Part shown: one piece after another, positions 1-10,575 of the stretch
Layout: each line of letters begins with the position of its first letter
Numbering within the stretch: position 1 is the stretch's first letter
DNA from: Fimicolochytrium jonesii
Lineage: Eukaryota
Direction: 5' to 3'
NCBI RefSeq assembly: GCF_025526975.1
Contig: NW_026515669.1
Span: 310,001 to 374,000, forward strand
Length of the DNA stretch: 64,000 nt
Program-made: the position numbers and the translations under genes
The notes under the pieces: generated by a model
What the model was told of the DNA's origin: nothing
Seen by the model: only the letters and a program-made list of their open reading frames with translations
Database searches by the model: none

Positions 1-2020
1 TGACCCAGAGAAGCCCTTCGTCGTCGAAACTGACGCCTCCGACTTCGCTCTTGGCGCAGTTCTCCTCCAACCTGACCAGGACAATCAGCTCCACCCCGTG
101 GCCTTCCACTCTCGCAAATTCACGGCCGAAGAGATCAACTACGAGATCTACGACAAGGAACTTCTGGCCATCCAAGACTCCTTTGCCCAGTGGCGACACC
201 ATCTCATTGGCGCCCGTCACAAGATCACCGTTTACTCCGACCATAAAAACCTTCAGTACTTCATGACCACCCGCACCCTGAACCGCCGCCAAGCCCGCTG
301 GTCAATATTCTTCTCGGATTTTGACTTTGTCATTACCTATCGCCCCGGTTCCCAGCAGCACCAAGCCGATGCCCTCTCCCGACGCTCCGAACATGAGCTA
401 AAAAAGGGGGAAGAAGCGTTCCGCTCCCAGGCAACCACAATTTTGACTCCCGAACGCATTCGACTCGCCGCGGCCTACCTCACACCCATGGATACCACGC
501 TGCTTGACAAGACCAAGGCCGTTCAGGCCTCTGATCCCCTTGCTAAGACCATTCGCGAAACGCTCAAGATACCCCTCGCCCAACGAACCGAGGAAACCCA
601 AGATCGTATCAAGCGGTTCTCAGATGAAGATGGGATCCTGCTGCACAATAACCTGGTCTATGTCCCCACCAACGAGCTCCGAGCTGAAGTCTGCCACGAC
701 ATGCACGATACACCCCTAGCCGGCCACTTTGGGATGTTCAAGACGCTCGAACTCGCCTCCCGCAACTACTGGTGGCCCAGCCAGTGGCGCTTCGTCAAGG
801 CCTACGTCAAGTCCTGCGATACCTGTAGCCAAGCGAAATCCAGTCGACACAAACCATATGGCCTACTCCAGCCCAACAGTATCCCTACCCGCCCTTGGGG
901 ATCTTGGTCCCTGGACTTTATCACCGGTCTGCCTCCCGTGGACGGGTATGACTCCATCCTGAACGTCAACTGTCGCCTCACCAAGATGGCCCACTTCATC
1001 GCCTGCAGCGAGTCGGAATCCGCCGAGTCCACCGCCGACCTGGTCTTCCACAACATCATCCGTCTCCACGGCCTCCCCGACGACATCATCTCTGACCGAG
1101 GACCCCAGTTTAAGTCCCGGTTCTGGCGTCGACTTCTCGAACTCCTTGGGGCAAAAGCCAACCTCTCCTCGGCCTTCCACCCCCAGAGCGATGGCCAGAC
1201 GGAACGCACCAACCAGATCCTGGAGCAGTATCTCCGATGCTTTTGCAACCACCAACAGGACAACTGGAAACAGCTTCTGTTGTCCGCCGAGTTCGCCTAC
1301 AACAACACCCACCAGTCCGCCTCCCAGACCACCCCCTTCTACGCCAACAAGGGTCTCCACCCCCGCTTCAGTTTCGCGGCCTCTGCTACCTCCGAATCCG
1401 TCAACCCCGCCGCTGAAGCCCGCGCTAAACAAATCAGGGAAGTCCATGAACAGCTCGCCCTCGAGCTCAAGGAAGCCCAAGATCAAATGAAGCGCTACGC
1501 CGACGCTAAACAAATTCCTGGACCGGACTTCAAGCCTGGCGACCACGTCTGGCTCCTCCGCAAAAACCTCCAGACAACCCGGCCCTCTCAGAAACTCGAC
1601 CATCGCAAGATTGGGCCATTCCCCATCGTTGAGAAAATCAATCCCGTCGCCTACCGGCTCAAGCTCCCGCCTACGTACAAAATCCACGATGTCTTCCATG
1701 TCTCGCTCCTCGAACCCCGCTTCACCATCCCCGAACGACACGAACCCGAACCCGCGGCCCCAGAGACCGTTGAGGGTCAAGAAGAGTGGGTTGTCGAAGC
1801 CATCCTTGACTCTCGCATCCATTGTCGTCGCCTTCAGTACTTGGTCAAATGGCAGGGCTGGCCTGACTCCGAGAACACCTGGGAGCCCGTGGAACACCTC
1901 ACCCATACCGACGCACTCCTCCAGGACTTCTACAGCGCGTACCCCAACAAGCCTTCCTCTGTCCCCGTAGCACCTCCTCTGCGGCCACACCAAACTCGAC
2001 GCCGCCGCCGCCGCCGCTAA
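1..2020 (+). CDS. Gypsy Pol C-terminus (RNase H, HHCC integrase, chromodomain), 5'-truncated by the window
   Basis: ETDASDFALG and NYEIYDKELLAI (RNase H); GHFG...CDTC zinc finger; SDRGPQF and QSDGQTERTN (integrase core); EEWVVEAILDSR...YLVKWQGWPDSENTWEP (chromodomain). Confidence 0.95.
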   Translation, partial: DPEKPFVVETDASDFALGAVLLQPDQDNQLHPVAFHSRKFTAEEINYEIYDKELLAIQDSFAQWRHHLIGARHKITVYSDHKNLQYFMTTRTLNRRQARWSIFFSDFDFVITYRPGSQQHQADALSRRSEHELKKGEEAFRSQATTILTPERIRLAAAYLTPMDTTLLDKTKAVQASDPLAKTIRETLKIPLAQRTEETQDRIKRFSDEDGILLHNNLVYVPTNELRAEVCHDMHDTPLAGHFGMFKTLELASRNYWWPSQWRFVKAYVKSCDTCSQAKSSRHKPYGLLQPNSIPTRPWGSWSLDFITGLPPVDGYDSILNVNCRLTKMAHFIACSESESAESTADLVFHNIIRLHGLPDDIISDRGPQFKSRFWRRLLELLGAKANLSSAFHPQSDGQTERTNQILEQYLRCFCNHQQDNWKQLLLSAEFAYNNTHQSASQTTPFYANKGLHPRFSFAASATSESVNPAAEARAKQIREVHEQLALELKEAQDQMKRYADAKQIPGPDFKPGDHVWLLRKNLQTTRPSQKLDHRKIGPFPIVEKINPVAYRLKLPPTYKIHDVFHVSLLEPRFTIPERHEPEPAAPETVEGQEEWVVEAILDSRIHCRRLQYLVKWQGWPDSENTWEPVEHLTHTDALLQDFYSAYPNKPSSVPVAPPLRPHQTRRRRRRR

Positions 2021-2032
2021 AGAGAGGGGTGA

Positions 2033-2582
2033 TGTTATGGACGACGCGCCCATACTATAAGCTTACCTACTGACAGCCGCCAATGTCAACCGCCAAATGT
2101 CAAACGCCAATGTCAATGTCAATGTCAGTGTCAATGTCAGTGTCAATGTCAGTGTCAATGTCAATGTCGATGCCACTTCCCCTCTCTCCTCTCATTTCGC
2201 CAATCCTCTTGCAATATCGCCACTCCTCCTCTCTCCTCTCATTTTGCCAATCCCCCCTTGGCTTCTCCACACCCCCCACTGCTTCCCCATAGCCAGCAGC
2301 TGTAGCAATGCTCTCTACGCTCGCCACGCACGCTCTAGGAGCATAGCAGGCGCCCCCCAGTCCCCTCTTGTTGTTGTTGTTCTCTGATCTGCTGGGTTGC
2401 CTATCTATAAATAGCCGGCCTCTCTTCGTCCCTTCCCTTCCTCCCCAGCAGATCAACACCAGTTCTTCTCATCTCCTGTTCTAGTCCTTGTTTCTTGTTT
2501 TGCCAATACATTCTCTTGTCGCCTATCACTCTCGCCTTGTCTTCTCTACTTCGCTTCCGCCTCAGTCGTCGAGATCATAACA
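2033..2582 (+). repeat. 3' LTR (550 bp) with an (AATGTC/AGTGTC)n hexamer array and TATA box
   Basis: TGTTATG...CATAACA inverted termini; hexamer repeats ~2109-2168; TATAAATA 2406-2413; block CCCCAGCAGATCAACACCAGTTCTT shared with the LTRs at 46807 and 52157. Confidence 0.92.
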
Positions 2583-4763
2583 GCAGCAGCAACTACCGCT
2601 CGCTTCTTGAGATGCCATTCGGGACATTCTCTTGGAACACCGCCGCCTGCTCATTCACGCCATGCGACCTTTTGTCACACCTGGAGGATGGAGCGCTGCT
2701 GCCGTTAGTGCCAACTCACGGGCACACCCACGATATGATTGGTCGAATGTTTTGAGAAATCTCAAGGATGCCGAAGGTCAGGTCATGAAGAGGATGACCT
2801 TTTACTTCCAGTACCTTTCACGCCAAGCACAGGAGTTGAAGCTTCGGAAAGCCGTTCACATATGCCCCCACAGGACCAGCAACGCGATAGGGTATTGGGA
2901 TTTTGACTACAAGTCCCTATTGGCGGTGTGTGTGGACCTGAAGGAGAACCACGACATTGCATATACACTGCGGTTTGAAGGGCAAGAAGTTGAGGTTAGG
3001 AATTCTGAAAGAATTCAGCAAGGGCGGACGGCGGAAGAGAGGAAGAGTCTCTTTGGATCCATGTTCTTGCTCCACAAGCGAGTTCACTCAGTTCGCCGGG
3101 TTGTGACACCTGAAGAAGAGGGGACATCGGAATCCGAAGGGGAAGGGATGTCGGAACCTGAAGGTGGAGAAATGGAATGGTGCTTTCGAAACCGGGGGAT
3201 TGACATCAAGATCAACCACTTCACACTTGGCACCAATGGATATGGGGCGTATCTCAAGATAGAGTTGTCGAGTGCAGAACGTTGCCGCATCCCTGACCCT
3301 AGCGAATGGCGAAAGCTCCCCCGTGGACAAGTTGTCCACAACCCTGACGCGGCAAACGGGCAGCTGCATATTATCTGAAAAGACCCGATCGTTCGCTGGG
3401 ACACCGTTTTCAACATTGGCAACAATCAGATGCGCACGACCGTCGGTGTAGACCCGGGTCCAAAATCTCAGGCAGTAGCCGTCTATGAAGATATCGCCAC
3501 ACACGCTGATAACGCTTGGATCGCTCAGCAGACACCTGTGGAAACACGCGCTCAACGCAAACAAGCGATCTCCATTGTACGTGGCCGACACTATCGCGTG
3601 AAAAACAAGACCACCTGGTTTGAACAGCGGCACAGGACAAGAATCCGTGCAAACCCTCGGGTCGGTGAACAGATCCAACGTTTACGTGGGAGGGAAAGGC
3701 AACTCCACGGCACGGGGCTCAAGGAGGCCTTGGACTACTACAATCTAGTTTACTCTGGACGTGACAATGTTGAGGCGTAAGTACAGCCAGCGTGCATGCA
3801 CATCCTTTTCTCACCTGTTCTCACGTTCACATCTTTTTCTTACATCACAGTGGTTGGGGAATGAATCCAGTCTTTCAAGGGAAAGGGTATCAGCGTGATG
3901 ACCTGTTTCGACGCATCCATCAACAGCGCGCATTGACCGATGATGCGCTTTACCTGTTGAACCGAATCACTCATGAGCGATGGGCGTCAACACTCCGAAT
4001 TGGCGCTCTCCCAGAGGCTCGTGGCAACCGCAGCCGTGCCCTCCGTCGCAAAGGGCGACTCCGTCGACGTAAGCACTTTGAATTCTTCCGAAACAGCACT
4101 CACACCCCCATACCAGGCCGTGAGCGCCAGCCTGTAGACGCTACTGCAAGCACACTCATGCACCAACCCGTGTTTGCCTTTGGTGCGGGAGACTTTGCCC
4201 AGAGGGGCGGCTGGAGGAGGCCTCATGGACCCGTCCCTGTGCAAGCACTTCAGCGTGAACTTGCAGTACTTGGTGGGACGGTCCTAATCTGGCCAGAACG
4301 AGGCTCAACAAATACCTGTTTCATTGGCATGGAAGGTTACGAGGAGCTCCCGTTCCAGATGCCCGATGGGAACATGCACACAACGTCTCCACCTGCAACT
4401 CGTTACGACAAATGTGGAGAACACCGCAAGGTGTGGTTTCGGCGGCAGAGGGACAGTGGTTGACACACCTTACGCAAATATTGCTATCTTGGGGATGTCC
4501 GAGGAGTGAAACAACACATCCGCACTTCATTGTGCCCAGAGAGGAAACGAATGAGAGGGCCAAACTGGCGTCTTCACACCTGCCCTGAGCTCACCTGTCC
4601 CCCAATCTATGCCACACGCCCCCATCAACGCCCAATTGGTGACCGAGATATACAAGCTGGCGCCAATTTCCGCTTCCTTCAGCATCAATATTCCCGACAT
4701 CAAGGTCATCGACCCCCGTGGAATGTGGGGCCGTGGGAGCGGAATCCGGCTCCCTTGTGGTAG
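2583..4763 (+). pseudogene. Fanzor1-like (TnpB-family) RNA-guided endonuclease, 2 exons (2583-3776, 3851-4763), with three in-frame TGA codons and the 5' end cut off by the Gypsy LTR
   Basis: RuvC-I VGVDPG (D at 3451-3453). RuvC-II region VFAFGAGDF...GPVPVQALQREL...VLIWPERGSTNTC (E at 4296-4298). Cys cluster ending HTCPELTC, then RuvC-III DRDIQAGAN (D at 4647-4649). WED-like motifs ICPHRTSNAIGYWDFD and TLGTNGYGAYLKI. GTAAGT...CAG intron 3777-3850 joins the frames exactly. TGA at 2608, 3376 and 4461. Confidence 0.85.
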
Positions 4764-4774
4764 ATATGTACGTA

Positions 4775-4935
4775 GAAAGGAGAGGGGATAATTAGCTTAG
4801 GCCCAAAGCCAACACCCCTTTCCCTTCCCTTCCCTTCCCGATGGCACTCTAAACCGAGTTGCATCTTGAATACGCGGCCCATCCCCCTGTGTAGGTCGCG
4901 CCATTACCTAAGCGAAACTCCGCGAAATGGCAATG
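4775..4935 (+). ncRNA. Candidate Fanzor omegaRNA scaffold (stem-loop array downstream of the stop codon)
   Basis: Four consecutive pairable segments read by eye: 4775-4787/4815-4827, 4840-4849/4856-4865, 4873-4879/4894-4900, 4901-4905/4926-4930. Position matches TnpB/Fanzor omegaRNA loci. Boundaries are uncertain. Confidence 0.45.
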
Positions 4936-5299
4936 AAACATCGAACGCCAGAACCAACCAGAAAAACCTTAACCATGTTTTCGTCCGCTGCGGCTACCAC
5001 GTTTTTTCTTGTAGCGGCCACGCTGCCGCATTGTCCCGCCTAAGTTTGGCCCAGGTCGGAGCAACCTGAGTCGTGAAGACGTGCCAAATCGCGACCTCTA
5101 GGAATCATGGCGCGCTCGAACTTCATCGGTCTGAGAGAAAGACCCGCCCTGTTGATTCGGCCTCCTCCTTCTTTCTCTTTGCAAATCAATATTGCTTTCA
5201 TAGAAGCCACTTGGTTCCAACAGCACTCCGCTTTCTCGAGTCGCCGACACTTATTGATTTAGTCTACCTGTGCTGATCAACGACGGCATCCGCACAACC

Positions 5300-7321
5300 A
5301 TGCTCACCGCGACATCATCCGCCAATCCGTCTCGGTGCACGTCTCCAGGCCTACCACCTCAAACAGCTAGTCCAGTTATCCCGGGGACCGCATCACCAAC
5401 GACACCTGGCATAACATCCCACCGCCGCCCTGTAAGCCGCTTCAGAGAACGAGATGTGGACGGGATCAGCCAATGCGATTCGGTCTTCACCGATGCGTCG
5501 GCTATGACTAGTGCGACGGATGCATCGGCTAGTTCGACGAACTCGTATTGGTCGAGGAACTTTAAGTTTAGGAGGCATGGGGGTGGGTCTATCAGGAGGT
5601 GAGCATCTCCCGTTCGTATTCAGATGGTTTGCTGAGTCTTGGTCGAGAATCTTATCTAACCATTGGATTTTTCGATGCAGTGCGACAAGCACACGAAGCA
5701 CCCAAGAACGTCTAACAACCCTAATCAAAAAGCTAGTACGCACCCTCGGCGTCCACAAAGGCTCAAACACTTCTGAAAGATACACCGAAGGAACATCACT
5801 ATCCGACTACGAGGCCGCCCGCATTCCCGGCGCCAGCCCCCAACTTCGTTTAGATGATTTCTCCACCCGGCTGGGATCCACCGCTCAGCGGTACGGGGGT
5901 GCTGGGGTGTCGAACAGCCAGCATTTGGCGTTCAGCTTGGACCGGGATGGAGAGAGGAATAGTGTTGATGGACATCGGAATGTGCATGCGAGGCCGGCGG
6001 GCCCTCGACAGTTGCAGAGTGAAGATGCTGCGGCGATCTGGTCGAGTGTGATGAAGTGAGTGTCACATTAGAGTCCACTCCGCGCTCGAAGTTCGAGACT
6101 CGGCACTAAAAAGACTTTCCGGCTTGCAGGACGGCCCACGCAGCACAAGGCAGCGCCCAGAAAGCGGCGTTCCGACAAGTCCTGAAGGAGAGAGACGAAG
6201 CGCGTAACGAATGCCGCCGCCTGAAGTCCGTCAACAAAGGTTCCAAGCGTTCGACCCACACACCACCCGCCCAGAGTCCACCGGCGCTAGCTACTGACGG
6301 GCGGGAGAGAGTTCCGCCCGTCATGTCGCCCGCAGCTCTGTCGAACCGTGTGAAAGTGATTCATGCGAGGGTGAAGAATGTGGTGAAGGAGCTGGATGAG
6401 TGCTTGGATGGGAAGGGAGTGGAGCTGATTGCGCCGATTGAGACGTCAGTGACGGAGGATGGGGATTCAAAAGGTGCCAAGGAACCTAGTCTGAGGAATG
6501 TAAGAGATCAGCTGAGAGTCTTGATGACGGAAGTGGAGGTGAGTTTCGGAGACCTCGGCCGTCGGAAACACCAGCTTTTCCACTCCGAGTCGCGGGAAAT
6601 GCTAACAGTTGAAGGGATCATGCAGAATCTGAAATCAGCGGTAAGCCCCAAAAACAAAGCCCTGCTCGCAAAGACACCCTCCTCCGAGAATGTAGAAGTA
6701 GTCACAGCGGAGAAACCCGCAACAGAAGCCCAAGGTGACCCTCATCATCTCGTTTCTGAAGACCCGCATCCATCTCGCTCACGCCAGTCGTCCGCTCACA
6801 CCCTGGCCAACGGCGAAACCCAACCGACGACCCGACTACCCACCCCGGCAGCCAAAGAGAACGAGCTGAGGAAGAAATTGGCGGTGGAGGCTGTGGATCA
6901 GCAGGAGAAGAGAATGAGGAGGCAGAAGAGCGTTAGTGTTACGAAGGATGAGGGTTCCTCTGCCCCTGTTCCAGAAGGCGAGGGGATCGAATCGGACGAC
7001 GATAGGCAGCGAGCGACGAGTGATGGGCCCGAGGGCTCAGCGCACCCACAAATCGTCTTGGAAGCTACACCCGTCGCCGAGTTGTTACATGTCCCGGTCG
7101 CCGCCGAGAATTTGTCCTCGCCCGAATCTCCAACGTTCGCCGATGATCTGAGAGGCAAAATCAACGAGGTCTTTGGAGAGAACAACGTCAGTGAGTTCAA
7201 ACCCGATGCTCACGCCGTTAAGACGGTTACGTTGCCGTGTCCTCCTCCACGCCAAAGATCGAACGAGAAGAAAGAGGAGGTTGTGGAGGACATCACGGGG
7301 AATGGAGACATTGCATGCTGA
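5300..7321 (+). CDS. Hypothetical low-complexity/coiled-coil protein, 3 exons (5300-5598, 5681-6055, 6130-7321)
   Basis: Two GTGAG...CAG introns join three ORFs in frame; coiled-coil-like segment RQVLKERDEARNECRRLK; no family recognised. Confidence 0.7.
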
Positions 7322-7730
7322 GATTACGGTTTGGGCCAAATCTTCTGCATCCGTTGTAGAAAGACAATTGAACAATGTTTTCCAACCGGGAAAGTGCCGC
7401 TCTGAAGAATTCCGCAAATATTGAGCGGGACACTTCTGCATATAATTATTAATTGCATGGCTTCATGTATACACAAAATATTCTTTTTTGGAGATGTTGG
7501 TATATGGACTGTCGGGGATGGAAAGACTTCAAGACAAAAGCGCTTGTGGATCATTTCCAAAAGTGTAGAGACATCATGAGAGTGGCTACCACAAGCTGTG
7601 GGTCGTCGGACATATGATACATGCAGGGACGCTCACATATCCACTTTCAGACCACTGCGCAGCGGCTACCACCAGTCCCATTACACTTGAGGAAAAGTGC
7701 ATTAAACTGGAAGGCCATGTCCTCCCACCG

Positions 7731-7770
7731 TACGCCTTGCCCTCGCCCGTTACGCCTTGCCCTCGCCCGT
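7731..7770. repeat. Perfect 20-bp tandem duplication
   Basis: TACGCCTTGCCCTCGCCCGT x2. Confidence 0.9.
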
Positions 7771-7824
7771 TGATTAGCCGCCTTGAGACGGACGTAGGAT
7801 CGATAAGGAAACCGACAACTGATC

Positions 7825-8898
7825 TCAAAGCTTCGACCCATCTTGCAATATTTTTCGCGTGGCATCCCAGAGTCGCGTCAAGACTTCGCCCGCAGGAGCT
7901 GCCTCCGCCAGCGCGGCGGACTGCCCAGCCCATGCCTGCATTCGATGTATATCACCGATTTTCTGCCCAAGTGCTTTCATTGGGGCCGTCAAACCCCTTT
8001 GCACTGGATACGGCGCGGGCGAAGGGGCATCAGGTGCGGACGCGGCGCGGACAAAATCAGTTGCGATACTTCGCCCGGCGCGTCCACTGAAAGCTCGAGT
8101 CACTCTGGTATTCTCTGGCGCCGTCTTGCCTATCGCATCGGTATAGACTTGAGGCGTCTTTGCTTCAGGAGTACGGAGGAATCCGGTTCCAATTTGGACT
8201 GCGCTTGCTCCGAGCAGCAATGCAGCAGCGATCTGCCGAGGATCTGCGATTCCCCCAGCAGCGACAACCGGAATACGAACGGCGTCGACGATACTTGGGA
8301 CGAGCGAGATCAGACCCACCGCACGCGACTCTGCGTCTCCTGGGTGGAAGCTTCCGCGATGGCCACCTGCTTCGAAGCCTTGGGCTAATATGACATCTGC
8401 ACCTGCTGCCTCCGCCAGCTTGGCTTCCTCCACCGTGGTGACGGTGGCAAACCAAGAGATGCCTTCTTTCTTCATTAGCTGAACGAAATCCGCCGAATAA
8501 AGCCCCATGATGGACGAGATGGCAGCCGGTTTCGCCCGTAACATAGCTTCGCACTGTTCCTTGAAGTTGGGTAGTGTGGTGTTGCCGGCTTCCGCGGGTA
8601 CAGGAGGGCCCCAAGACTCAAGAAAGGTACGGACCTTGGCTTCCTCCTCGGGATTTCTTTTCACAGGTGCAGCCGGAATCCAGTTGTTCAGCTGGAACTT
8701 TCCGTCGCTACTTTGTCGAAACTCTTTGACCCACGCGTCGATCTGGGATGAAGTCATCATAAGCACGCCGGCGGCGCCCATCCCTCCGTCGTTGGCCACT
8801 GCTATAGAGAGTGAAGCCGGGCAAGCACCCGCCATCGGGGCAAGTAAGATCGGTCGCTTCAGACCGAAACGCTCACAGAATTCCTTAGCTCGTAGCAT
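7825..8898 (-). CDS. Nitronate monooxygenase / 2-nitropropane dioxygenase family flavoprotein, intronless
   Basis: PILLAPMAG, AQGFEAGGHRG, PVVAAGGIAD, LGASAVQIGTGFL, TRAFSGRAGR and WAGQS motifs; first ATG at 8898. Confidence 0.93.
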   Translation of the reverse strand: MLRAKEFCERFGLKRPILLAPMAGACPASLSIAVANDGGMGAAGVLMMTSSQIDAWVKEFRQSSDGKFQLNNWIPAAPVKRNPEEEAKVRTFLESWGPPVPAEAGNTTLPNFKEQCEAMLRAKPAAISSIMGLYSADFVQLMKKEGISWFATVTTVEEAKLAEAAGADVILAQGFEAGGHRGSFHPGDAESRAVGLISLVPSIVDAVRIPVVAAGGIADPRQIAAALLLGASAVQIGTGFLRTPEAKTPQVYTDAIGKTAPENTRVTRAFSGRAGRSIATDFVRAASAPDAPSPAPYPVQRGLTAPMKALGQKIGDIHRMQAWAGQSAALAEAAPAGEVLTRLWDATRKILQDGSKL

Positions 8899-10575
8899 TG
8901 TTGTTGGGTGATGCAAGGTGCGAGATTGTGGAGACACGATAACAGAAGCATTCTCTGTTAAGCCCAGAAAGTATCTACGATCTAAATCCAAAGGCAACGT
9001 TCGTACAGTACTGTACTGTGCCTAATACAGCAGTATGCAGTCGTTGTACTGCCCATACAAGACGTTGTGGAGATGTGGCCGCTGTCATTCAATTCACTTC
9101 CCTCTCTGCGAACGAAAGTGGGTGACAAATTGACAGCTTCCCTTGCTGCGCCACCCAGATGGGGCCTCCGAATCGTCATCCCAATTAAATCGAGCCATCC
9201 CGATGACCTGCTCCGTTGATGTCCGTGATGACGTAGACGGGAGACAGGCAGATTCTAAGTGGCGTCATCACGCCGTCGCCCGGGCTTAGCCCTTGCACCC
9301 CAAGTTCCAACACCCAACAGTCCATGACGGCTGAAGCCCGTTTCTTGGGTCAATTCAGCAACCGTTCACACGGACTCGGGCGTCAGAAAGATGGGAATTG
9401 ATACCGACGACCGCAAGCAGTCCGGGGTATTCATTGACCTTGTCGAAAAAAGAGACAGCGTCTCCCATCATGTCCTCTGTCCGAGGCTTTTCCTGGGTCC
9501 AGGGCTTCATCAATAGGTAACTTTTTGGCAGCCTGCCAGTGGGGGAGGAGAAAAGCAGAAGATGATGAGGGACAGATGATTGAAAGTGTATGGATGGATG
9601 ATGCATGCCATGTTGGAGCTGGCGGTAAGAAACGTCATAGTTTCGTTGGGTGTCACGCCGTAAGTGAGTTCGTGAATGGTCTGCATGGATAATGATAAGA
9701 AGTCCCTTCTGGTCCCCAGACTCCCCCACGCCCGCCTCAACTGAGATTATTCAAAGAGAGCTCAGCAGCAGAGCATTTTCTCGCTGCCTTCAATTTCAAA
9801 CTTTTGCGAGACACCGAGAGGAGCCCCCATCTCGCCGAACAAAAAGGACATCAGGACCCTGACATTCCCCCCGTCCCACGCCTATTGTCCACGCTCCCGT
9901 CCCCGTCATCCCGGCACAGAGTAGCATCGTCTCCTGTCCATACAAGCGAAACAGGTTAGTGTCTACGTATTCTGGTTTTGACATGGTGCCCTCGTGAGAA
10001 CGTGGGAACAGGATCGGAATGGGCACTGGACTGCTGGTTAATCTCTGCTAACGCCGATTGCCTTGTCACTTCCCATATAGCATTCCGGAACCTTCGCCGC
10101 TAACCTTAGGAAGACTCACGCGCCGCGTGGCTTCTCAGCACCGTTTGTCTTTCACCGTCCTCCAACCCGAATTTCGTAAAGCCCTTTTGGCTTGCATCCG
10201 GGTCTCAACCCCGTTTCCACTCCCCCACTCGTCAACCTGGGAGCCTCACAGTCCTCTTCAGTGCCGCCTGCCGCTGCCGGTGCAGGTTCAACCTCCCCGT
10301 CGTCCAACCGGAACCACCACAAACGATCTTCGCGGAGTAGCAGCAGCAAGAAACGCGCAAGTCAGTCCCGTTCCCAGGACCTCGCGCCGGAAGAGCCGGA
10401 ATCGCACGCGAGTTCCACCCTCGGGCCTGCAGCAGCACAAGAGGCTACGGCAACTCGTGCTCCTGCAGTAGTAGAAACCCCTGCACAGGCGCCGGCGCCA
10501 AACGTGGAAGTCCCGGTCAAGTCGGTCGTGAAACAGTCTTCTGCCGCAACCGCAGAACAATCAGGTTCTTCAGCC

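Larger units (their letters stand above)
1..2582 (+). mobile_element. Ty3/Gypsy chromovirus LTR retrotransposon, 3' half (RNase H, integrase, chromodomain, PPT, 3' LTR); 5' part lies outside the window
   Basis: Pol ORF open from the window edge to 2020. Purine tract AAAGAGAGGGG is followed by LTR TGTTATG (2033)...CATAACA (2582). Protein is closely similar to the element at 46807-52686. Confidence 0.95.

Noticed and set aside
863..2053. 396-aa minus-strand ORF and similar long antisense ORFs over pol and host genes
   Set aside because: Shadow frames of codon-biased sense genes; no motifs of their own.
2109..2168. Regular short repeats resembling a CRISPR or guide array next to the Fanzor
   Set aside because: Hexamer microsatellite inside the LTR with no unique spacers.
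2608..4463. Alternative genetic code or selenocysteine reading of the Fanzor TGA codons
   Set aside because: Neighbouring genes end in TGA, and CGA>TGA decay explains the pattern more simply.
9000..10080. Short ORFs between the NMO and kinase genes
   Set aside because: No coding signature; more likely promoter, 5' UTR and intron sequence.
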